Positions 46,528 to 55,908 of a DNA stretch of 64,000 bases are shown here, piece by piece. This DNA is from a virus (Duplodnaviria; Caudoviricetes): positions 26,600 to 90,599 of IMG/VR virus record IMGVR_UViG_3300033145_002015, one strand, 5' to 3'. Position 1 is the first letter of the stretch. Every line of letters starts with the position of its first letter. The notes beneath the pieces are model-generated. The model did not search any database, was not told the DNA's origin, and worked only from the letters and a program-made list of their open reading frames with translations. A program made the translations under genes and the position numbers.

Positions 46528-47540
46528 GACGAGGTTCTCCTGACCGTAATGGAAGCCGAGGCCGATTCATATACATATCCACTATCTTCAATGTAGTTAC
46601 TCAAATAGAACGTGATTTCTTCAGCCAAAGTGCCATTATCGGAGATATTCATATCTTCTGAGTACGTCCAGGTCAAGGCATCGATGCCAGTAACAGTTCT
46701 GACATCGCTTCCATTCACATAGACTTGTACCTTGAAATAACCTTCCCAAGAAGGGGGATAATCAATCACTTCTAAAGCATCGTCAGTCGAATAAGCAATA
46801 CCAAGCCCGGCACCTTGTTTCCGCACCCGCGGGGACCAAGTAAGAATAATATCTTGACTATATGTAGGATGGACGCCACCGCCATTGGCCTTTAGATTCA
46901 ACACTTGGTATGGAGTCATTGATCTTCCAGTAAAAGTTTTCTTTATGACTTTTGCAGAAGTAATACTGGCGGAGGCCATCTGAGTGTAGGGAACAAACTT
47001 AAAGTAGCGAACAGCTCCTCTCAAAATCGATTCTTCGTTCAGCACAGAAAAACAATCTTTATCCAAAAACCAAAAATGCTCTCCCCGCGAATGGAAGACT
47101 TTCGTCGTATCGAAACGCGCCCGATATACTCCCAAGATTTTAGCTATGTTTTCGGTGATTGGAATGAAATGCTGAAAGGAAATAATTTCGGAGCCGAGCA
47201 ATGCCATATTATATCCTGCCAACATTTCGGATCGAGTGATAGACTCGATCAAATCAGCTCCATATGTAAATCTGACTATAAAGCCCACATCATCGTCAAT
47301 TGTGAATGTATTACTCGTATAGTTCTCAAACAGAATCCCATGCGGTTGAAAATAATCGAATTTATCCAATCGATTATAAGTCGATCCGTCCAGACTCAAA
47401 TATAAATCATATCCACGCTCCTCCCCAGATACCTTGGCAGCCAACGGGATTATTTTATGCGGAGCACCGGACAAGACGTACGGCGCTTCCAAGATATCTA
47501 CATAGGATAGATTTGATACTATGAGATTTCTGCTTCCCAT
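46524..47540 (-). CDS. tail tip protein resembling the C-terminal half of GTA-type host-specificity/hub proteins
   Basis: NMALLGSEIISF..VYRARFDT..H..GEHFWFL and IILTWSPRVR motifs. Confidence 0.55.
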   Translation of the reverse strand: MGSRNLIVSNLSYVDILEAPYVLSGAPHKIIPLAAKVSGEERGYDLYLSLDGSTYNRLDKFDYFQPHGILFENYTSNTFTIDDDVGFIVRFTYGADLIESITRSEMLAGYNMALLGSEIISFQHFIPITENIAKILGVYRARFDTTKVFHSRGEHFWFLDKDCFSVLNEESILRGAVRYFKFVPYTQMASASITSAKVIKKTFTGRSMTPYQVLNLKANGGGVHPTYSQDIILTWSPRVRKQGAGLGIAYSTDDALEVIDYPPSWEGYFKVQVYVNGSDVRTVTGIDALTWTYSEDMNISDNGTLAEEITFYLSNYIEDSGYVYESASASITVRRTSS

Positions 47541-47542
47541 CG

Positions 47543-48001
47543 TTATGCCGTAGTTGTAGTAGTCGAACTGCTGGTCGTAGTCGAACTGCTAGTAGTGGTC
47601 GAGCTAGAGGCAGTCGAGCTAGTCGTAGTAAATGACGATGTTGTAGTCGAAGAACTGGTCGTAGTGGATGTTGTAGTGAATGAGGTCGTAGTAGTGGTCG
47701 TCGTCGAGGTAGTAGTTGTCGTGGAGGTGGTAGTAGAAATCACTTCCATAAACTCCGCACCGGCAATATCAGTATCGGAACCATACGTCCCCTCAAAGGA
47801 TAACATCGTCAAAACTTTATCCCCTGGAGCCTTGTCTGATATGTGCACTTTCCAAGAGCCGTCAGCGGAATTGCTTTGCCCAGATCCGATTCTGGTGTCA
47901 CGATTATCTTTATCGTAGACGTCGATATTACAGGAAACCGACGTGATCGGATCGCCCTTTTTATCTTTTACTGTGCCTCTGACTTGTCCGATTCTGGCCA
48001 T
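47543..48001 (-). CDS. small Ig-like virion protein with about 64-aa Thr/Ser tail
   Basis: VRGTVKDKKGDPI..SADGSW beta-sandwich start; C-terminal 42 percent of the protein is almost all T/S. Confidence 0.6.
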   Translation of the reverse strand: MARIGQVRGTVKDKKGDPITSVSCNIDVYDKDNRDTRIGSGQSNSADGSWKVHISDKAPGDKVLTMLSFEGTYGSDTDIAGAEFMEVISTTTSTTTTTSTTTTTTTSFTTTSTTTSSSTTTSSFTTTSSTASSSTTTSSSTTTSSSTTTTTA

Positions 48002-48015
48002 GATCGTTCTCCTTA

Positions 48016-48558
48016 CTATTCGGAAATATATTGGGCCGGATAGATTCGTTGTCCTGACATAGCTGAAGCTGGCCGCAACACATTCCCATCCGTTGCCAGT
48101 GCTTCTTGATCAATTGTACCGAATAAGATTATCGTTGTCGATGTTATCGCTATCCCCAACGCCTGCTTCCGGGGGAGAACCCAATCCTGAGTCAGCCCCC
48201 CGTAAATCGAATCTGACAGAAATACAGGTCTTCCGGGCCACCAGGACCACTCCGAATTAGTTATCGGCCCCACCCGCTGAACCCGGATATTGGTATCATC
48301 AGCGGAGCCATCTTCAATCAAAAGCCCGATAGCAGGCTGATGGATATGATCGAATCTGGCCTTATAGGCTTTTCCAGTTCGATCCAAATAAACAGCCTGA
48401 TAGGCTTCAGCATCTTCTCCCAACGTCACCAAAAGAAATGTATGGAGATATTCCTCCATCTTCTCAATGTCGGCAGTGAGGATTCCATTCCATCCTGTAG
48501 TGCTATATGCAATCGTTTCAAATTCGTATTTAATCGTCGTTGACATTATGCACTCCAT
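48016..48558 (-). CDS. structural protein (capsid cement/decoration-like)
   Basis: LGED..AYQAVY..AIGL..G.I....W..GRPVFLS..GGLTQ..QALGIA pattern. Confidence 0.5.
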   Translation of the reverse strand: MECIMSTTIKYEFETIAYSTTGWNGILTADIEKMEEYLHTFLLVTLGEDAEAYQAVYLDRTGKAYKARFDHIHQPAIGLLIEDGSADDTNIRVQRVGPITNSEWSWWPGRPVFLSDSIYGGLTQDWVLPRKQALGIAITSTTIILFGTIDQEALATDGNVLRPASAMSGQRIYPAQYISE

Positions 48559-49055
48559 TCAGCATAAAGATAAGGATATTTACTAGGATCACCATGATCC
48601 ACAGCATAAAACTTGACGAAACCATCAGGATAATCCCAGTTCCCATCGCAGCTATCAATAATGGCGATCATGTTATTTCCAGCGGCCCATCCAGGACGAT
48701 CCACAACCTCTTGAACCACTTCGTAAAGTCGTCGGCCACCGGAACATGCAGACGTCGTTATAGTGCCTTTTATCAATAGAAATTGTTCGCCAGCACCGAC
48801 GGCATTGTATGAATCAGCTAGCGGATCATCCCCATTCACACATTTTTTTGTAGTCAGCGGGATCGCATCCAATTCTGCTTGGGATGTTGGAGCTGTGGCG
48901 TCATCCACAGCTCCGAACCAACAGGCAAACCAATGCGCACCATAAGGATTAAATGTATGCGTTTCGTATTTGTATGCGTATATATGCGCTTCTTCAATCG
49001 TTGCGCCTTTTGGTATTTGAACATTCTCGAACAGAATAAAAACTTTATAAGGCAT
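48546..49055 (-). CDS. DNRLRE/CBM-like domain protein lacking the first strands
   Basis: FILFENVQIPKGATIEEA..VVQEVVDRPGWAAGN; homologous to the C-terminal domain of 44124-45194. Confidence 0.6.
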   Translation of the reverse strand: MPYKVFILFENVQIPKGATIEEAHIYAYKYETHTFNPYGAHWFACWFGAVDDATAPTSQAELDAIPLTTKKCVNGDDPLADSYNAVGAGEQFLLIKGTITTSACSGGRRLYEVVQEVVDRPGWAAGNNMIAIIDSCDGNWDYPDGFVKFYAVDHGDPSKYPYLYAEWSA

Positions 49056-49067
49056 AATACAATCCTC

Positions 49068-52000
49068 CTAAGATGTTCTCCCCAGAATGATATAATCCGT
49101 ATCTGTTGTCAGCGTAGAGCCATCGGACATACCATCATCTCCAGATGAAGCTGGCGTAGGAGTCGCCACACCATGAACACGGCCTAAAAGCGAGAAAGGC
49201 GATCCGGTATCCAAAACTGTACCTTGGGACATTCCATCTTCTGAAGCATAAAACGTATATTGCGGAGGAGCAGTCGTAGTTGTAGTAGAGCTTCCGGTGG
49301 CTGTCGTGCTGGTCGTAGTCGAACTGCTCGTCGTTGTAGAGCTTGATGTCGTAGTAGTCGTTGTTGGACTCCCGCCGTATTTACCAATCATGACGTTTTC
49401 ATCGGACCCATAGAAGACCCCGTTCATGCTATAACCATCATCCGTGGATTCGGACGGATAGTAACACTGCTCGCCGGGCAGGGCACCTTGTGAGCATTCA
49501 TGAGCTGTAATCTCATAAATTCCCGGCGGGAGATCATCATCCCATTGAGTAAGCACTTGAATCCTAAGATACCGATGCGCCGTGCTGTTGGTAAATTCAT
49601 GTTCCTGAACTTCGCTATTGTTTTCTTGCTCTCCTTCGTATATTTGCTTCCATTCCTGCCCATCCACACTGATCAGCACCTTAAAATCACGAATACTGCC
49701 CGGATAGACGCTCATCGTGATTTTTTCGATTACCTTTTCTTCGCCAATAGGCCATGTGTACTGCCACCACGCATCAAAATCACATTCTTCCGCCATCCAA
49801 TAAGTATCCACATCATCATCGCACGCAAATTCTGGACCGTTATCGCCTTCTCCGCCCGACGGAGTACTCTGGCCTAAGATAGAAGATGCTTTCGCCTCGC
49901 CGCCAGACAAGGCGTCATCAAAGTACTCCATACAAGTAGGAAGATCCGGTTCCTCAGTGATTGTCTGTCGTGATATATAATCGACATCCTGAGCCGCAGT
50001 GACTCTAATGATCTCGCTTCCGATATCATCTTCCGTAATTCCTCCCACCCGACAGACCATATTTTCGATATTGTAAGGAGCGTAAGAAAATCTGAACAGA
50101 TCGCCGGGCTCCAGTCTAAAATGATTCCTGTTGACGGGAAACTGAAGCAAAGCCAAAGGATATGCTTCTTTGGAAAGCTGTCTTCGTACTCTCCACATTA
50201 CAGTTTCTTCGTTGTTGAACATTCCATAGGTTTCGGATCTAGCAAGTGTTCTATTGACAATCTGCTTATTCGCAACATCATAAACCTTGACCGTTTTTTC
50301 TTTGAAATCCGAACAGGTGAGTGCCTGCCCACAGGTGGATGCCGCCGATGATGATGGAGGAATACTCGCAATTGATTGCGGGGGATATTCCGAATCTGTT
50401 GGATAATAAATCGCTGCTCCATCTTCAAAATCGCTGCTGCAATCCAGACTGCCCCATCGGCAAAGATAATAGGAACCTCCAGTAATATAATAGATCAAAG
50501 CGACGAGTTTCCCGTCCAATACATCAATGGACTTGAAATAAGAGCCTTCACTTATGAGCCTGTTATCTACACCGTCAATCCATGTCTGAAGAGCATAGGC
50601 ATGATCCCAACTCTGACCGGTAGTCGGGAAGCCTTCCCATACATAAATGTACCTTCCCCATCCGATTACCAGTCCAGGATAACTTGGATCCCACGCCACA
50701 GCCCCACCTCCAGCAATAATTAAATCACCAGCGTGGGAAGCATAAAAATCATGTTGGAATGTATTTACAATACCACCAAAGATTCCATCATGCGCCCTCA
50801 CTGTAACTACATAGCTGGAAGGCCCATCAACACTCAAAGTTACCAAATCAGTATAGAGATCCAGATCACGGATTTCGCTTGTCAGCCCCGAATACTCTGT
50901 GATCTCCGTCTGCGTCAGATATTCACTGAAGTCAAATTGAGAAGATAATGTATAGCCCTCAATATAGACTTTTTGGCCGTCTCCCCAATGTCGTACCAAA
51001 TATAAGATATTTCCATCGAAAGCCATCCCCACAATCGGATAACCTTCTTTCTCCGTGACTCCAGATATTGCAGTCGTGACACCCTTATGTCTTTTAAGAA
51101 TGTTGTCGCTGTGCCTGACTACCGTGTAACCTGATTTAGCTTCATCAGATCCCCCAGTAGCAGTTATGCGTTTAGGATAAGATGCAGAAATCTCATTTTT
51201 CGTATCGAGCCATCCAGGGCGAGTCAGAATGGGTTTTTCTTCGTTGGCAATATCTTCGTCAGTGACGTGCGGCATATCTTCAACTTCTAAATCTTTTCTG
51301 AGGAGCTTCAATCCAAATTTCCCTACAGATAAGACTCCTTCCCCGGCAACATGCTCCCGCACAACCGTATACCTCAAAATACCATCAATATGTTTCAGAA
51401 GCTCCTGAAGAACCGACAATACTTCCTTGCGAGAAGAAATCGTATAGCTTATTCCAACTCCGTCTCTCCGCAACACAGAGGCACAACTTGAAAAGGAACC
51501 CAAGTCGATGAATTCGGTAGGAAGATCACCACAATCAGTCAAGAGATGATAGATACCATGCACTGGATTATAGTTGTAAACTCCCACCAAACCGCTTCCA
51601 AAATCTTCATATTCGGGAGCTTTTTGCACGACGAATTTCAAGATCGGCGCACGATTATATTGCCCGATATAGCAATCTTTCATTCGAGCATAGCAAAGTC
51701 CTCGATATGCCGGAACCAGCGACGGGTCTTCGGCATATGTTGTCATCACATCATCAACAGGTTGGGTGGAAGTCCCAAAATAAAACCGAAACCATCCAAT
51801 TCCACCCACATTGATATCTACAAAGCCATCTCCTGGATCTTCTTCACTCCCGCACCAAACCAGATCTTCATTTCGATAAATGGCCAATAGTTTGGTGACC
51901 GGCCCCCTACACAATCCTACCGACCAAGACAAATAATATTTATATCCTGTTATTACAGTCTGAGAATGGCCTCCACCGCCCTTTCCACCAGTTTCAATAG

Positions 52001-52301
52001 TGCTGGTGACTGGCTCTGACCAATTATTCCCATACCAAAATATATTTCCAGCTAATTTGGAAATTCCCACTATTTCAGGAATTGGCTTTCCATAGTCAGA
52101 TGATGTTATATCTATTTCCTGGATTTGAGGCGCATTCTGCATTTGGGGCTTGCCGGTAATTGGATCAAGCATCGCACCCAATCCACCACCGATAGCCATT
52201 CCCAAAAATACCATTTGGGCGACAGTCAGCGCCCCTATAGGTGGAATCAGCCACCCAAGGGTCATTCCGAGCATTGCTCCTATGATAGCACCAGCACTCA
52301 T
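49068..52301 (-). CDS. tail tip/baseplate protein (Phage-tail_3-like) with F5/8 type C domain and internal Thr tract
   Basis: TSSDYGKPIPEIVG..LAGNIFW, PAYRGLCY, NPVHGIYHLLTD, LEPGD; discoidin motifs FACDD..TYW..WWQY..YLRI. Confidence 0.8.
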   Translation of the reverse strand: MSAGAIIGAMLGMTLGWLIPPIGALTVAQMVFLGMAIGGGLGAMLDPITGKPQMQNAPQIQEIDITSSDYGKPIPEIVGISKLAGNIFWYGNNWSEPVTSTIETGGKGGGGHSQTVITGYKYYLSWSVGLCRGPVTKLLAIYRNEDLVWCGSEEDPGDGFVDINVGGIGWFRFYFGTSTQPVDDVMTTYAEDPSLVPAYRGLCYARMKDCYIGQYNRAPILKFVVQKAPEYEDFGSGLVGVYNYNPVHGIYHLLTDCGDLPTEFIDLGSFSSCASVLRRDGVGISYTISSRKEVLSVLQELLKHIDGILRYTVVREHVAGEGVLSVGKFGLKLLRKDLEVEDMPHVTDEDIANEEKPILTRPGWLDTKNEISASYPKRITATGGSDEAKSGYTVVRHSDNILKRHKGVTTAISGVTEKEGYPIVGMAFDGNILYLVRHWGDGQKVYIEGYTLSSQFDFSEYLTQTEITEYSGLTSEIRDLDLYTDLVTLSVDGPSSYVVTVRAHDGIFGGIVNTFQHDFYASHAGDLIIAGGGAVAWDPSYPGLVIGWGRYIYVWEGFPTTGQSWDHAYALQTWIDGVDNRLISEGSYFKSIDVLDGKLVALIYYITGGSYYLCRWGSLDCSSDFEDGAAIYYPTDSEYPPQSIASIPPSSSAASTCGQALTCSDFKEKTVKVYDVANKQIVNRTLARSETYGMFNNEETVMWRVRRQLSKEAYPLALLQFPVNRNHFRLEPGDLFRFSYAPYNIENMVCRVGGITEDDIGSEIIRVTAAQDVDYISRQTITEEPDLPTCMEYFDDALSGGEAKASSILGQSTPSGGEGDNGPEFACDDDVDTYWMAEECDFDAWWQYTWPIGEEKVIEKITMSVYPGSIRDFKVLISVDGQEWKQIYEGEQENNSEVQEHEFTNSTAHRYLRIQVLTQWDDDLPPGIYEITAHECSQGALPGEQCYYPSESTDDGYSMNGVFYGSDENVMIGKYGGSPTTTTTTSSSTTTSSSTTTSTTATGSSTTTTTAPPQYTFYASEDGMSQGTVLDTGSPFSLLGRVHGVATPTPASSGDDGMSDGSTLTTDTDYIILGRTS
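50367..50380. repeat. dispersed palindrome copy 10 (CGCAATTGATTGCG)
   Basis: inside a CDS, read as PQSIA. Confidence 0.9.
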
Positions 52302-52774
52302 CCTCTAAGCCTATATACTCTTTTTAATCGATTAGCCCAAAGCGACGAGCTGAATCGAAGATCAATCACACCTATTCCCATTACCGATTGATACACTTTC
52401 CCATCCATATAAATAGATGAATGAGATTGAGCTTTGCCGAAACGGTACAATAAAATATCTCCATTTTTCGGCTGATAATCTCGTAGAGAAAGTTTTTCCA
52501 CCGGAAGACGACTTTCGATTTCATTTATCAGCAACTCAACATCTCTGTGAATATGCCAATCTCTAGGATAATCCGGAAGATTCTTCAGAATAGATGGAGA
52601 AGCCGCCCCAGCCTCGGCAAGTGCGGCCCCCACGAAGAGAATGCAATCGGCTCCCTGCCCTTTCACGGCGCATCGATGCTTATAGGGAGTCCCTTTCCAC
52701 TCTTCCAAAATCTGTCGCAACCGTTGGCATCTTTCTTCAGAATCGAAGTACCATTTCATTATCCGGCGCTCCAT
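52298..52774 (-). CDS. NlpC/P60 tail-associated peptidase
   Basis: WKGTPYKH..KGQGADC..HSSIY. Confidence 0.88.
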   Translation of the reverse strand: MERRIMKWYFDSEERCQRLRQILEEWKGTPYKHRCAVKGQGADCILFVGAALAEAGAASPSILKNLPDYPRDWHIHRDVELLINEIESRLPVEKLSLRDYQPKNGDILLYRFGKAQSHSSIYMDGKVYQSVMGIGVIDLRFSSSLWANRLKRVYRLRG

Positions 52775-53583
52775 GTTACAGGATTATCTTCTGGAATATA
52801 TGGAAATCCCAAGAAATTAACAACATTCGCAAACTTGTCTCGACAAGTTTCAATTCGATTATCACAGCCAGCATATACCGTCACGGATTGTCCCGTCTGA
52901 AGATTGGAAAAGGCATATTTCAATTCTATCGTGATTCCGAAATGGGCATGGATCGGACGCTTCTCAGTTTCCCACTGAGCCCATCCATAAGTAAACCAGT
53001 CATCAGCGTATGATCCAAACGCACTACTGGATAAAATGAGACCTTCGGCGTCTTCGACAGAAACTGTTGCAGTGACAGAATAGGTCGAAGACGACAGATC
53101 AACTCCGCAGCCGGAATCCCCCACTATATGGTTGCAATGTTCGGTATATTCCCATCTAGGGATAAGTTGAGACAGAAAGAATTCAAAACCGACACACTTC
53201 GCAGTCGCGGCGGCACCTTGAAACGATATCGTATGAATCTGCCCTATAAAAATAGGATTTCCTTCTAGCGGATCCGAATCTCTAAATAATTTGATTACTT
53301 CAATCCAAGCCAGATCGACTGGATTGTTGGCGATATATTCTATCATTGGTTGAGTGATTCTCGAAAAAGTGACTTCTAGTTCGGACACTTCCAGCTCAGC
53401 ATTAAACGAAATTTCTCCTCGCCCAATAGTACCAGGAAGATACTTTTTGCCCTGAAATACAATTGGAGTATCGCCACTTGTATGATAGAAATGCCGATCT
53501 TGAATCCAAATATGATACAACTCGGCGGGAAGCCTTTGATCAGCCAATTCCTTAGCAATAAAAGTTTCGCTGACATTTTTCAT
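52759..53583 (-). CDS. baseplate hub protein (DUF2163/BR0599 family)
   Basis: CNHIVGDSGCGV and AGCDNRIETCRDKFANVVNFLGFPYIP. Confidence 0.9.
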   Translation of the reverse strand: MKNVSETFIAKELADQRLPAELYHIWIQDRHFYHTSGDTPIVFQGKKYLPGTIGRGEISFNAELEVSELEVTFSRITQPMIEYIANNPVDLAWIEVIKLFRDSDPLEGNPIFIGQIHTISFQGAAATAKCVGFEFFLSQLIPRWEYTEHCNHIVGDSGCGVDLSSSTYSVTATVSVEDAEGLILSSSAFGSYADDWFTYGWAQWETEKRPIHAHFGITIELKYAFSNLQTGQSVTVYAGCDNRIETCRDKFANVVNFLGFPYIPEDNPVTWSAG

Positions 53584-54203
53584 GTCGGTAAATCCTCCGG
53601 ATAATTATTGGCTGTCTCAATTGTAGTCAGCGTTGCGTATGCGGCTTCATTCGTGACGTATTTCAAGCTCAGCTCATCTACATCAAATCTTCCATAAAGC
53701 AAAAAGCAGACCAGCAAATTGCTTAGTCTAGACGCGGAACAGTCAAATCCGATTGCACTTTCCAAGGTCAATGTCGTCCCGTCGGTATTGTCCATATCTA
53801 CCTTTCTCAAATATGGAGTAGAACTTCCCTGAGGCAGAAAGAATAAAAATCTTCCCATTTGCGACTCTTCCGCAACAAAATCTTGGTAGCCGATATCTTG
53901 AATAGTCAATTGTACGTCTGCGCTGGATATCGGCCTTGTTACCACGATATCTCTTGTCCATGTCGGAAACCAGAAATTGCCATATCTCCCCCGCACTCCG
54001 TCAAAAAAATCAATCAACTTCTGAATCTTTGCCTTGGTGGTCAAAAAGTAAGTGTAAGTGAATCTGACATCATTGTAAGTTTGATGTCGTTCTCGATACA
54101 TCAGACCATAAAAACGCATAGTCTCAGCAGGAGACATTATTTCACTCTGAGGATTTCGACCCCAATCAGGTTCTAAGTCGAATAGATTTTCCGTATCAAG
54201 CAT
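53580..54203 (-). CDS. distal tail protein (DUF2460-like)
   Basis: LIDFFDGVRGRYGNFWFPTW..RFDVD. Confidence 0.7.
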   Translation of the reverse strand: MLDTENLFDLEPDWGRNPQSEIMSPAETMRFYGLMYRERHQTYNDVRFTYTYFLTTKAKIQKLIDFFDGVRGRYGNFWFPTWTRDIVVTRPISSADVQLTIQDIGYQDFVAEESQMGRFLFFLPQGSSTPYLRKVDMDNTDGTTLTLESAIGFDCSASRLSNLLVCFLLYGRFDVDELSLKYVTNEAAYATLTTIETANNYPEDLPT

Positions 54204-55905
54204 ATTCTTCTCTAGCCCCGAATGCGTTTACAATGTCCCACAAGGAATAATAGGTCATCCGCATCCAAGATTGAGATCTTCGAACAGCGGAAATTCTTAC
54301 TTCATCCATCAATCCATAAAAGAACGATGATTGCCAATAACTACCTCCTGACACTCTTCCGATAGTCCATCGTAACGAACTTGAATTTATTGTAAAGTTG
54401 ATTTCAGCACTGTCTATTACTGTGCCGTTTACAATCAATCCGTGATATGTTTCGGCAGCGTATGCTGTTGCGGCGTAATACCAGGATCCTGCATCTACTG
54501 CAGTATTGGTACTGAGAATAGAATCCGCAGAAAAATCATCACCTTTGGATAGGCCGCTTTTGATTAAATGATCTGCTTCTTGAATCCATGTATAGAACGG
54601 AAAGTCCTCATAATTGTTGGCCGGCCATATCTGTTTGGAGACCAATACCCCTACGATACTGGCAGTATCTGCAAGATTGAATACTGTCTCTACAGTAAAA
54701 GCCTCAGTCAAGGCGTCGGTCAAATCAGTGAAAACAGCAACGTCCCTATTGAAATTCCAACAGTATCCAAATTTCCCGTATTCCCAAGCAGGCGTATTGT
54801 GATGAATGAACCCAGACGTGCTGGATGGATTTTTACTGTTGATCACCAATCCAGATGCCGGATCGTTCGCCAAGTGATAAACACCGACAAAGTAATCATC
54901 CCAAACATTGGCCCCAACGGAGCTTCCGAGATTTCCGATATATGCCGTATTATCCGGTTGGGCTGCATCATAATACAAATACAACTGCGTCGAAGAGTTT
55001 GAATTGATTGTAGGAACTCTAACATGAAGCGCCGCCAGCTCAACGACATCATTCCACATTTCAACTTCGACGTAGCATTGTGTTATGCCATCTGCTGTTG
55101 TGATGGCTATTTTTTGAAAAGAAGATCCTATTTCATCAAAAATATCCGTCAGATCTATATTTCCGATTCCTGCAGCAGAAGAAATGATAAGAGCAAGAGG
55201 AAAATTCGACAAATCTTCAGAGATATACGCTGAGGATACCGTAATCGGCCGCCTGTATTTCCAAGTCCCAAGCCATGGTGCCGGCGGGGCAGTAGTTGTT
55301 GTCGGCCCCGGAGGAGCCGAAGTCGTAGTATGTGTAGAAGTCCCCACGCTTACAGTATCTTCAATGACTTCAATTCTGAGCTTTCCGATATTACTTGTGG
55401 ACATGGTGTTCTGGATGGATGTCGATAGGTATCCAGCCAGAATCGGAAATACCTTGGCACCGGATGACCACGACGACGATAATCCAGCCTTGAGCGTTAT
55501 ACTGGTGGCATCGAATGATTCTATAATTCCTACTTCATAATCAGAGATCCCGCTATAAACCATCACAAACTTATTGACTTCAAAATTTCTATATTGCGTT
55601 GATTCGACCGGGAGTATTGTCTCTCCCGCAGATACATCAGCAGTCAGGTACGTCTCATCCTGCCAAAACGGAACTCCCCACATTTTATGAATATTTTTAA
55701 CCAATTTTCGATAGATTAAACCACTCTTGGTATCTCCCATAGGAAACAATGTGAATGATAAAGCCCGTACAGGTTTAGTAATAATCGAAGATCTTTTCTC
55801 TGACCCGTATATGCTCTTCTGAATCGTAGTCCACCATTGACGGCGGAACTCGATTTCGTCGTTCCAATCGGGAAATAAAGTCAGATATTCCTGCGGAGAA
55901 CTCAT
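54196..55905 (-). CDS. distal-tail-like protein fused to DUF2341 and LamG domains via a Thr/Pro linker
   Basis: N-terminal Dit-like region; WKYRRPITV..NFPL..WVRVP-like..LYLYY (DUF2341); WYYAA..LIVNG..IG..GLMDEVRIS..RSQSW (LamG). Confidence 0.75.
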   Translation of the reverse strand: MSSPQEYLTLFPDWNDEIEFRRQWWTTIQKSIYGSEKRSSIITKPVRALSFTLFPMGDTKSGLIYRKLVKNIHKMWGVPFWQDETYLTADVSAGETILPVESTQYRNFEVNKFVMVYSGISDYEVGIIESFDATSITLKAGLSSSWSSGAKVFPILAGYLSTSIQNTMSTSNIGKLRIEVIEDTVSVGTSTHTTTSAPPGPTTTTAPPAPWLGTWKYRRPITVSSAYISEDLSNFPLALIISSAAGIGNIDLTDIFDEIGSSFQKIAITTADGITQCYVEVEMWNDVVELAALHVRVPTINSNSSTQLYLYYDAAQPDNTAYIGNLGSSVGANVWDDYFVGVYHLANDPASGLVINSKNPSSTSGFIHHNTPAWEYGKFGYCWNFNRDVAVFTDLTDALTEAFTVETVFNLADTASIVGVLVSKQIWPANNYEDFPFYTWIQEADHLIKSGLSKGDDFSADSILSTNTAVDAGSWYYAATAYAAETYHGLIVNGTVIDSAEINFTINSSSLRWTIGRVSGGSYWQSSFFYGLMDEVRISAVRRSQSWMRMTYYSLWDIVNAFGAREEYA

Positions 55906-55908
55906 ACG

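Noticed and set aside
49068-49070. Genome-wide amber (TAG) recoding
   Set aside because: Core genes are full-length in the standard code and several (portal, gpG, 45238) end properly at TAG; only local readthrough remains possible.
52298-52774. NlpC/P60 as the lysis endolysin
   Set aside because: Its position between the hub and tip genes is the standard GTA-type tail peptidase slot; no endolysin was recognised in the window.
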